A stretch of DNA of 64,000 nucleotides, from positions 64,001-128,000 of IMG/VR virus record IMGVR_UViG_3300033068_001847. One strand, 5' to 3'. Below are positions 53,390 through 60,744 of the stretch, one piece after another (positions within the stretch are counted from its first letter, which is position 1; every line of letters begins with the position of its first letter). Both the position numbers and the translations under genes were made by a program. The notes under the pieces were generated by a model that was not told the DNA's origin, made no database searches, and saw only the letters and a program-made list of their open reading frames with translations. The stretch is from a virus (taxonomy: Duplodnaviria; Caudoviricetes).

Positions 53390-53632
53390 ATGAAAACGTT
53401 ATCAGAACAAATATATAGGATGAATGAATTAGCAGGAGTTATTGTTGAAGCAAATAAAACTCCTTGTCAAACACCAGATTCAACATTTCATACAGAAGTA
53501 AAAGATAATAAGATAACTTGTAGTGTAGATCTACCAATGGATTTAAATCTATCACCAGCAGATGCTAAAATATTAGAAACAAACATTCATAATGCAATGG
53601 AATTAGTTTTAGCCCCATATTTTAAAAAATAA
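53390..53632 (+). CDS. hypothetical (late) protein MKTLSEQIYRMNELAG
   Basis: TATTTATG at 53379-53386 precedes the ATG. Confidence 0.65.
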   Translation: MKTLSEQIYRMNELAGVIVEANKTPCQTPDSTFHTEVKDNKITCSVDLPMDLNLSPADAKILETNIHNAMELVLAPYFKK

Positions 53633-53675
53633 TAACACTGATAATCAACAAGTTATAAAATAAATATAAATAAAG

Positions 53676-53706
53676 TTTGCAAATTTAAAATATTTACTTA
53701 CATTTG
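53676..53706 (+). promoter_or_regulatory. Bacteroidota-type promoter for the leader/tRNA operon
   Basis: TTTG-N19-TACATTTG. Confidence 0.75.
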
Positions 53707-53726
53707 TACTATATATAATTAATAAA

Positions 53727-53834
53727 ATGAAAAATTTAAATACATATCACCGCTCTAGTTCGCTGCAACCGTATCAACACAGTTGCCCTGAAGTGGGTGC
53801 GTTAATATGTAAAGGAGGTGGAAGTACTATTTAA
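53727..53834 (+). CDS. putative attenuator leader peptide MKNLNTYHRSSSLQPYQHSCPEVGALICKGGGSTI
   Basis: A-rich start context (TAATAAA-ATG) 20 nt after the promoter; codons 7-21 match the downstream tRNAs. Confidence 0.75.
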   Translation: MKNLNTYHRSSSLQPYQHSCPEVGALICKGGGSTI

Positions 53835-53865
53835 ATACTGAAACACAATATATAAAGATGCACCC
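53795..53865 (+). promoter_or_regulatory. putative antiterminator helix GGGTGCGTT (53795-53803) : GATGCACCC (53857-53865)
   Basis: 9-bp complementarity with 2 GU pairs, overlapping the terminator 5' arm. Confidence 0.65.
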
Positions 53866-53897
53866 CAAGGATAATAGGATTCTTGGGGTTTTTCTTT
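53862..53897 (+). terminator. intrinsic terminator (attenuator) upstream of the tRNA array
   Basis: ACCCCAAGGAT/ATTCTTGGGGT 11-bp stem followed by TTTTCTTT. Confidence 0.85.
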
Positions 53898-53914
53898 GGA
53901 AGAAACTTTTAAAT

Positions 53915-53989
53915 GACTATATGGCTGAGTGGTCAAAGGCAACGGTCTGCAAAACCGTAAAACCGTTGGTTCAAATCCAACTATAGTCT
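53915..53989 (+). tRNA. tRNA-Cys(GCA)
   Basis: ACGGT-CT-GCA-AA-ACCGT; U discriminator. Confidence 0.92.
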
Positions 53990-54000
53990 CAGAAGAATAA

Positions 54001-54073
54001 CGGGTAGTAGGGAAGTTGGTATCCCGCCACATTTGGGATGTGGAGATCGCAGGTTCGAGTCCTGCTTACCCGA
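54001..54073 (+). tRNA. tRNA-Pro(TGG)
   Basis: CCACA-TT-TGG-GA-TGTGG. Confidence 0.92.
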
Positions 54074-54119
54074 CTGGTTATGGGTTCACAATAGACGTTC
54101 TTTGAATGGAATTGTACTT

Positions 54120-54202
54120 GGAAGATTGGCAGAGTGGTCGATTGCGCTAGTCTTGAAAACTAGAGGATGAAAGTCCCAAAGGTTCGAATCCTTTATCTTC
54201 CG
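54120..54202 (+). tRNA. tRNA-Ser(TGA)
   Basis: CTAGT-CT-TGA-AA-ACTAG; variable arm. Confidence 0.92.
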
Positions 54203-54341
54203 CAAACATAAAAGGTTACCCTGCTTGTTCCGTATGGGGTTATAAATGTGTATAAGTTAACGGAACTCCTGTGGTGTTGCAGCCTAAAAATTGCACTAAA
54301 TATACTGAACAGACCTTTTATCTTTATAAAAAATAGAAATA

Positions 54342-54509
54342 ATGAATAAAAATGAAAAAAAGAAACAGAAATTAAAAGAACGTATTAATGCTTTGGAGCA
54401 GATCGTATTGTTATCATTAACTAAAAAAAGTTCGAATGAAACAGAAATTAATGTACCAGCATATCAACGACAAATAAATGATCTCAAAAAAGAATTGAGA
54501 GATTTATAA
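54342..54509 (+). CDS. small coiled-coil protein, 55 aa, not in ORF track
   Basis: MNKNEKKKQKLKERINALEQIVLLSLTKKSSNETEINVPAYQRQINDLKKELRDL. Confidence 0.65.
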   Translation: MNKNEKKKQKLKERINALEQIVLLSLTKKSSNETEINVPAYQRQINDLKKELRDL

Positions 54510-54515
54510 TAAAAG

Positions 54516-54596
54516 GGGAGTGTTCCAGAGCGGTCAAATGGGACGGACTGTAAATCCGTTACTTCGGTTTCGTAGGTTCGAATCCTTCCACTCCCA
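54516..54596 (+). tRNA. tRNA-Tyr(GTA)
   Basis: ACGGA-CT-GTA-AA-TCCGT. Confidence 0.92.
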
Positions 54597-54601
54597 CAAT
54601 T

Positions 54602-54673
54602 AGTCTATTAGTTCAACGGATAGAATACCTGACTACGGATCAGGTGATAGGAGTTCGAATCTTCTATGGACTA
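54602..54673 (+). tRNA. tRNA-Arg(ACG)
   Basis: CCTGA-CT-ACG-GA-TCAGG. Confidence 0.92.
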
Positions 54674-54680
54674 CAAGAAT

Positions 54681-54760
54681 GCCCTTGTGACTTATGCAAA
54701 CTGGTACAGCTACGAGCCTTAGAACCTCGGTTTTTGAGAGTTCGAATCTCTCCAAGGGTA
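54681..54760 (+). tRNA. tRNA-Leu(TAG), atypical
   Basis: Acceptor GCCCTTG/CAAGGGT; loop CT-TAG-AA; short variable region and odd D arm. Confidence 0.8.
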
Positions 54761-54771
54761 CTTAAAATAAA

Positions 54772-54963
54772 ATGAAAATGATAACAGATATCAGATATAA
54801 CGAAGATGGTAAATTATATGCAAAATTATTAGGACATATAGATATTTACGGAACTGACTTAAATGATTTAAGAACAGCAGCTAGAGAAGCGTTTACATGT
54901 TTCTGTATAATTGCTGAAACTCATGGTCAGGGACTACAGCAGGAATTAGAAGGTTTAATCTAA
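54772..54963 (+). CDS. small protein, possible HicB-like antitoxin fold
   Basis: EDGKLYA...YGTDLNDLRTAAREAF resembles the HicB N-terminal domain pattern. Confidence 0.45.
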   Translation: MKMITDIRYNEDGKLYAKLLGHIDIYGTDLNDLRTAAREAFTCFCIIAETHGQGLQQELEGLI

Positions 54964-54968
54964 TATTT

Positions 54969-55042
54969 TGTTCTGTAGTGTAACTGGTTAACACGTCTGA
55001 TTTTGGTTCAGAAGATTCTAAGTTCGAACCTTAGCAGAACAA
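54969..55042 (+). tRNA. tRNA-Gln(TTG)
   Basis: TCTGA-TT-TTG-GT-TCAGA. Confidence 0.92.
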
Positions 55043-55104
55043 CGGGTTAGACTGTTAATAATTCATAGACTGTCATAAAAACATGGAGCGTAGAATTATA
55101 ATAT

Positions 55105-55178
55105 GGTAAATGTAGCTTAATTGGTAGAGCATCAGCTTGTGGCGTTGAGAGGTGGGGGTTCGATTCCCCTCGTTTACC
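55105..55178 (+). tRNA. tRNA-His(GTG)
   Basis: TCAGC-TT-GTG-GC-GTTGA; encoded G-1 and C73. Confidence 0.92.
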
Positions 55179-55185
55179 CAAAATT

Positions 55186-55268
55186 GGAGAATTGTCAGAG
55201 CGGTCTATCGTGCTTCTTTGCTAAAGAAGTGTGTGAAAGCACCACAGGTTCGAATCCTGTATTCTCCG
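55186..55268 (+). tRNA. tRNA-Ser(GCT)
   Basis: CTTCT-TT-GCT-AA-AGAAG; variable arm. Confidence 0.92.
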
Positions 55269-55285
55269 CTTAATTACCACAAATG

Positions 55286-55314
55286 TGCGGAGAATGTATC
55301 ACTTATTCTCCGCA
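55286..55314. terminator. hairpin between the tRNA array and convergent structural genes
   Basis: TGCGGAGAAT/ATTCTCCGCA. Confidence 0.6.
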
Positions 55315-55321
55315 TTAAATT

Positions 55322-56791
55322 TTAAGTTATAGGAAAACGATTATAACTAGCCATTGGTATAGAAGAATTACTTACAGTATCCCCATTCTGATATTTATAA
55401 GTTAATTTATCGGTTGCGCTGACAGTATTTGTACATTGTAATGTCCATGTAGTACCTGTACCAGAAATACCAGTAACTGGATTATCTGTAACACCTGTTA
55501 CATCTGTTACCACATATGCTTCATATAATGTTTGTACCATCGGAGAATCATAAACTAAAAGTACGGTAGTCCCACTAGCAGTTGCAGAAGTGATTTGTGG
55601 GAGTACAACATCTGTATTAGGATCAATTATAAAAGGATTTTCTGCATACATATTTATTAACCCTGTAGCACTATTAAATTTTACCTCAGCATTAGGAACA
55701 TTAGATTCTACTGTAACACTGATAATAGATGCGTCTGCATTCTGTACAGTAAAGGATGTATTAAAATAAACCAAATGTCTTTCTATTCCACTATATGATA
55801 AATAAGTATATAGTTTATTACCTACTATCTTGTATTGTTTATAAACACCCCTTCTAACTAATTCATAATCAAGAGCTTCTTGTGCTGTATAAATACCTGC
55901 ATTTTCATAATTAGCATGATCTTTAATTATATTACACATTGTGTGAAAGTTAGTAAGAGTATCATCCTCCCCAAGTATACCATGATAAAAATATGGCATA
56001 TATCCAAAAGCATCCCCTATACCAGTACAAGCAGCATAATGGGTATTAACTTGAGTTTCAAAATCATCAATGGCGGTTTGATTAATAGTATTACCGACAT
56101 AATATCTATAATATAGATGTCTTGTGGTATTCATTAAAGTAGGAAACCATCTATTACTAAAACCATAACCATCATCCATACCTGCTACACCCCAAGTACT
56201 CATCCAAATAGGAACATAATTAAGTGGACCTGATGCAGCATAACCAGCATCAGCACTTGGAACTACTCCCGTAGTAGCTAATAATCCAAATTTCTCCCAA
56301 AACTTTTTAGTGTTTAGGGTAATCTCACTATATAAATTAAATCCACCATGATTATAACCATGATTTGTTGGATAACATAATCTATGACCTATTACAATTG
56401 GGTTACCAGTAGTTTCTTTAGAAAATATAGGAATTAATTGTGACCACTTTGCAGCATTAGGATTACCAGAATCTTCATCATGGTCTGGATTAGCATTAAG
56501 AGCTATATTAAATTTAGCTGGTCTTTGATTTCCACAACCATCTGAATAAGTCCAAAGAGGGTAAGTATTACCATCTGCTGTTTCTACACCTTGTAAGTAT
56601 TTATGTAAATAAGTATTGTCTGATGGACCAGCATCATCAGTATATGGTATAAATCCAGTCGTCTTACCTTCTGGCATCTTATTATGTGATAAGACTACAG
56701 AAGGATTAGGTGGTGTATCAAATTCAGTTATAATAGTTATAAGTTGACTATTTTTAACTACTGGTATTTCAAAATTACCTTCTATATTCAT
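55322..56791 (-). CDS. polysaccharide deacetylase (NodB/CE4)-like protein with C-terminal Ig/SwmB-like domain
   Basis: YTDDAG, NHGYNH, FYHGI motifs; PQITSATASGTTVLLVYD. Confidence 0.55.
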   Translation of the reverse strand: MNIEGNFEIPVVKNSQLITIITEFDTPPNPSVVLSHNKMPEGKTTGFIPYTDDAGPSDNTYLHKYLQGVETADGNTYPLWTYSDGCGNQRPAKFNIALNANPDHDEDSGNPNAAKWSQLIPIFSKETTGNPIVIGHRLCYPTNHGYNHGGFNLYSEITLNTKKFWEKFGLLATTGVVPSADAGYAASGPLNYVPIWMSTWGVAGMDDGYGFSNRWFPTLMNTTRHLYYRYYVGNTINQTAIDDFETQVNTHYAACTGIGDAFGYMPYFYHGILGEDDTLTNFHTMCNIIKDHANYENAGIYTAQEALDYELVRRGVYKQYKIVGNKLYTYLSYSGIERHLVYFNTSFTVQNADASIISVTVESNVPNAEVKFNSATGLINMYAENPFIIDPNTDVVLPQITSATASGTTVLLVYDSPMVQTLYEAYVVTDVTGVTDNPVTGISGTGTTWTLQCTNTVSATDKLTYKYQNGDTVSNSSIPMASYNRFPIT

Positions 56792-57843
56792 TATGGTATT
56801 AAAATAGCTCCAAGAGATATTAAGTTATGAATTTCTGCTGGTATTTGTTCTGAATAGAATTTAATGTAAAGATCAGCTACACCTCTAACTACAGTACCAT
56901 GACTATCCCAAGTACTACCACCATCAGGAGATACTTCATAATAAATATAGTCAGCATCAATTCTCATTCTGAGTTTTAATAAAACTCCAGCAGTATAGTC
57001 AGTTGTTGCATTACTATTACCAGTACCATTTTTTACAGATATTCTATCATTACCCCAATTGAATGCAATAGCACTCAATGAGTTACCCGGTGTTACTGCT
57101 GTATCTCTGTTAGGTGATAGAGAAGCCCATAGATTTTGTCCCGGTTCTGTACCATCTATATCAAACTGTAACCAACCATTTACACCAACAGGGAAATAGT
57201 AATTTGCTCTACCTGCTGCATAAATAGAATTTTGACTTCTTACATTATTAGTAGTATCTCCTATCGTTAATTGAACAAAGTTACCAACATCATAAGCGGT
57301 AAATAAATCAATATCTTGTGTAACAGCTACAAAAACCTCACTATTTAATACATAATCAGAAGCATTACGAATATCATCAACAGCTTTAATACGTATACCC
57401 ACAGTACCTATAGCAGCATCAACATTACCAACTTCAATATATAAATTCCCATTAACATCTTCCAATACAGTTTTTTCGATTAATGAACCTCCAATATTAA
57501 TAAAACCTTCATAATCATCTACATTTGGAAATTCAGGGTTTTTAATAACATCACCAAAAATACCTAAATCATCATCAACACTACCACCAGTTGGTGCTGC
57601 TGGATTTAATAATAAAATTATTATACTTGACCCATTGTATGTATAAGCTAAATCATTACTTCCTTGAAACCCTAAAGGTATAATAGGATTTCCCTCTGTA
57701 CCATCTCCGCTAAAATATAAGCTTGATAATATACTACCACTACCGCCTGAACCAACAATTATTTGATCAGGATTAACATTATTATTTGGAGTTAATTCTG
57801 GATCATTACTATTAAAATTAAATGATGCACCTTGTTCTTTCAT
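56791..57843 (-). CDS. virion-associated beta-rich protein
   Basis: N-terminus duplicated with the next gene; likely start MKEQGASF. Confidence 0.6.
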   Translation of the reverse strand: MKEQGASFNFNSNDPELTPNNNVNPDQIIVGSGGSGSILSSLYFSGDGTEGNPIIPLGFQGSNDLAYTYNGSSIIILLLNPAAPTGGSVDDDLGIFGDVIKNPEFPNVDDYEGFINIGGSLIEKTVLEDVNGNLYIEVGNVDAAIGTVGIRIKAVDDIRNASDYVLNSEVFVAVTQDIDLFTAYDVGNFVQLTIGDTTNNVRSQNSIYAAGRANYYFPVGVNGWLQFDIDGTEPGQNLWASLSPNRDTAVTPGNSLSAIAFNWGNDRISVKNGTGNSNATTDYTAGVLLKLRMRIDADYIYYEVSPDGGSTWDSHGTVVRGVADLYIKFYSEQIPAEIHNLISLGAILIP

Positions 57844-57851
57844 AACATTTA
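57741..57851. repeat. ~110-bp near-identical repeat (other copy 58931..59041)
   Basis: Encodes the shared N-terminus MKEQGASFxFNxNDPELTPNNNVNPDQIIxGSGG. Confidence 0.85.
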
Positions 57852-57863
57852 CCAATTTTAAAA

Positions 57864-59033
57864 TTATATAGGAGTTATAGTTAATACTCCATCTACTAAT
57901 GTAATTCTATTAGTAACAGCAGTTACTGTATCAACTAAAACAATACCTTTAGCTGAATTATTAATAATTAAATCACCATTGTATATCTCAGTTTGGTTAT
58001 ATAATAATATACGTCCACTATCACCTCCATTTACACCATTACCTGCTGTAATTTGAATATCACCTCCATTTTGCGGATTAATACCAGTACCTCCATTTCC
58101 AGCTACTAGCTCTATTCCTCCACCGCCAGCATCTCCATTACCATCTGAACCAGTCATAGTTATACTATTTCCACTAGTATCAGCAGTAGTAGACGCTCCA
58201 GCTTGGAGTGTTAGATTTTGATTTTCAGAACTATATACTCCATAAAGTGTAGCAATTCCAGCATCTAAATTTGTTACTCCATCAGGATCAAATAAAATTC
58301 TAGCTGGAGCTAAAAGTAATGTGTCACTATTTAATACAATTTTCCCATTAACTTCTCCAAGACCAGCAGTAAGAACAACATCACCACCATCACCTGATGT
58401 ACTACCTCCAGCACCAGCATCTAATATTATATTACCTCCATCTCCTGTAATTCCACCATTACCAGCTAAAAGTTCTATTACTCCACCACCCCCCGAATCA
58501 TTACCTGCACTAGCTGCTAAATATATTCCATTTCCTGTAGAATCAACTGACTCTGGAGTATTACAAGTTATACTGATACTGCTTTCTAAAGGACTAGTAA
58601 TATTTTGTACCCCTAATATATCTACACCAACTTCCCCCCAACTTATTTCATTATTAGGACCTAAAGAACCATAACTAAATTCATCCCAACGTACAACATT
58701 ACCTATATCTCCTGAATAATTATTATTAAAAGTAAAAGCATTACCACCAATACCAGAAGGATTTATATAAAAACTTGTACCACTCGATAATAATGATATA
58801 TTAATATCACTTAAATTAGCTACTTCAGTACTATTTGATATTAACGATATTGAGTTTCCATCTAAAGTTCCTATTACTAAAGGACTCCCTTCTGTATTTC
58901 CACCCTGTAAAATAATTCCGTCAGGAATTGTACCACCTGAACCAGTAATTATTTGATCAGGATTAACATTATTATTTGGGGTTAATTCTGGATCATTTGT
59001 ATTAAATTCAAATGACGCACCTTGTTCTTTCAT
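57864..59033 (-). CDS. Gly-rich fibre-like virion protein; start moved to MKEQGASF
   Basis: GGxIxLxAGxG repeats; TATTTATT at 59049-59056. Confidence 0.65.
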   Translation of the reverse strand: MKEQGASFEFNTNDPELTPNNNVNPDQIITGSGGTIPDGIILQGGNTEGSPLVIGTLDGNSISLISNSTEVANLSDINISLLSSGTSFYINPSGIGGNAFTFNNNYSGDIGNVVRWDEFSYGSLGPNNEISWGEVGVDILGVQNITSPLESSISITCNTPESVDSTGNGIYLAASAGNDSGGGGVIELLAGNGGITGDGGNIILDAGAGGSTSGDGGDVVLTAGLGEVNGKIVLNSDTLLLAPARILFDPDGVTNLDAGIATLYGVYSSENQNLTLQAGASTTADTSGNSITMTGSDGNGDAGGGGIELVAGNGGTGINPQNGGDIQITAGNGVNGGDSGRILLYNQTEIYNGDLIINNSAKGIVLVDTVTAVTNRITLVDGVLTITPI

Positions 59034-59079
59034 AACATTTATTATATTAATAAATAGTTTGAAACACAATTTAAAAAGT

Positions 59080-59111
59080 TTTGTAAATTAAAAAATTTAA
59101 TACTATATTTG
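59080..59111 (+). promoter_or_regulatory. Bacteroidota-type promoter for the RNA repair operon
   Basis: TTTG-N20-TATATTTG. Confidence 0.7.
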
Positions 59112-59118
59112 CCATGTT

Positions 59119-59754
59119 ATGAAAGAGTATTTATATAAATATAAAAAAACATATCATTTAGACTTTTCAGAATCAATTACCAGTGATGATAAGATATTGA
59201 AAAGTGTAGATCACTTCCTTGGTAAAAGAATTATTGTGACTGAAAAGATGGATGGAGAATGTACATCTGTTTATACTAATTACTATCATGCCCGTTCATT
59301 GGAATCAGCAAATCATCCTTCCCAAAATCTAATCAAAGGATATTGGGCAGAACGACAATACTTAATACCTGAAGGTTGGCGAGTATGTGGTGAAAATTTA
59401 TATGCACAACATTCAATTATATATGATAATCTTGATGCTTATTTTTATTGTTTTAATACTTGGAATGATAAGAATGAATGTTTATCTTATGATGAAACTT
59501 TAGAATGGTGTGAGTTATTAAATATTGTACATGTACCAGTTTTATATGATGGGATATTTGATTATGATCTCGTTAAAAAGATTTATTTAGATTTAAATAA
59601 AGATTTACATGAGGGTATTGTAATTAGATTAGCAGATTCATTTCATTATAAAGATTTCAGCAAATCATTAGCTAAAGCGGTAAGAAAAAATCATGTTACT
59701 ACAGATGAACATTGGTCTAAACAAGTTATTATACCAAATAAATTAAAACAGTAA
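59119..59754 (+). CDS. ATP-dependent RNA ligase
   Basis: Motif I TEKMDGE, CGENLYA.HSI.Y, EGIVIR, K.VR..HV. Confidence 0.85.
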   Translation: MKEYLYKYKKTYHLDFSESITSDDKILKSVDHFLGKRIIVTEKMDGECTSVYTNYYHARSLESANHPSQNLIKGYWAERQYLIPEGWRVCGENLYAQHSIIYDNLDAYFYCFNTWNDKNECLSYDETLEWCELLNIVHVPVLYDGIFDYDLVKKIYLDLNKDLHEGIVIRLADSFHYKDFSKSLAKAVRKNHVTTDEHWSKQVIIPNKLKQ

Positions 59755-59882
59755 AATGGGAAATAAAAAATTTGATTTGATTAAGACTAACAATAATTTA
59801 ACTGAAGATATTAAATCATTGCAAGAACTTTATATAAAAAATATTTTTGAATTTAAAAATAAATTACTAATTTTACTTCCTG

Positions 59883-60077
59883 ATGTCGAAGAAAAATAAA
59901 AAGATGACTAAATCAGAGGAAATTGAATATAATATTTTATTATTTATTGAAGATTATAAAGATCAATTTAGTTATGTTCCTGATTATAGATATTTAAGAA
60001 CGTTCGCATTTCAAATGCATGAATTATTTAATAAATTAGATGAACAAGAAACAAGTAAGGGAAAAGTTCAGAAATGA
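59883..60077 (+). CDS. hypothetical protein
   Basis: ORF track. Confidence 0.5.
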   Translation: MSKKNKKMTKSEEIEYNILLFIEDYKDQFSYVPDYRYLRTFAFQMHELFNKLDEQETSKGKVQK

Positions 60078-60369
60078 TGTTTTCAAACGTGATAAAAATG
60101 AGTGTGCGATATGCGGTGATAAGTGGTCTAAATTAGATGCTCATCACATTACCAATCGTAATGAGTTTGAAAATGGTGGTTATGTATTGGAGAATGGTGT
60201 AACACTATGTGATAAAGTAGATGGTTGTCATTTTCAAGCCGAAAAATTTTTACAAACTAGGGATTATATAGGTGCATCGTATGAAATAACTCCAGATGGT
60301 TTATATGAACTAATAGGTTCATCATTTGAGAAAGCAGTTGAAGCTGATAAAAAACTAAAACAAAAATAA
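60040..60369 (+). CDS. HNH endonuclease
   Basis: RD...CAICG...DAHHI...NGVTLC...CH. Confidence 0.85.
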   Translation: MNKKQVREKFRNDVFKRDKNECAICGDKWSKLDAHHITNRNEFENGGYVLENGVTLCDKVDGCHFQAEKFLQTRDYIGASYEITPDGLYELIGSSFEKAVEADKKLKQK

Positions 60370-60370
60370 T

Positions 60371-60733
60371 ATGGGATATGATCAAAGAATATTTTTAGGT
60401 GCATGTATTAGAATACCTGCTGATAATGATGAAGTATTAAGGGAATTATTACATGAAACACATGTGGATGTACTAAGTCAGATTAATGGTCATTGGTGTA
60501 AACCAGAAGATGGTTATTATTATGTGACAGCTAATGAGTATAGAAATGGTAATGATTATGGTAAACATATTTCTGAAGGTGATAGAGAAGGTGGTGAACG
60601 TATTGACACTGGAACATTACTAATGTGGTTGAATAACTTCAATGAGGATTATAAAGAAGAAATAAGAATATTGAAAGAAGCATATGGTGATACAAGTATA
60701 ATTGCAGTTTTTTTAGTAAATGGCGGTAGTTAA
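60371..60733 (+). CDS. hypothetical protein
   Basis: ORF track. Confidence 0.7.
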   Translation: MGYDQRIFLGACIRIPADNDEVLRELLHETHVDVLSQINGHWCKPEDGYYYVTANEYRNGNDYGKHISEGDREGGERIDTGTLLMWLNNFNEDYKEEIRILKEAYGDTSIIAVFLVNGGS

Positions 60734-60744
60734 AAAATAAAGTA

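Noticed and set aside
53727-53897. T-box riboswitch as the explanation for the tRNA leader
   Set aside because: No T-box consensus (AAGGTGGxACC-type UGGN bulge) in the antiterminator and no stem I; a translated leader fits better.
53802-54032. 76-aa minus-strand ORF in the track
   Set aside because: It is the antisense shadow of the leader, terminator and tRNA-Cys/Pro.
55261-55314. att-site remnant (ATTCTCCGC repeats the tRNA-Ser 3' end)
   Set aside because: Only 9 bp, explained by the hairpin arm, and no integrase is nearby.
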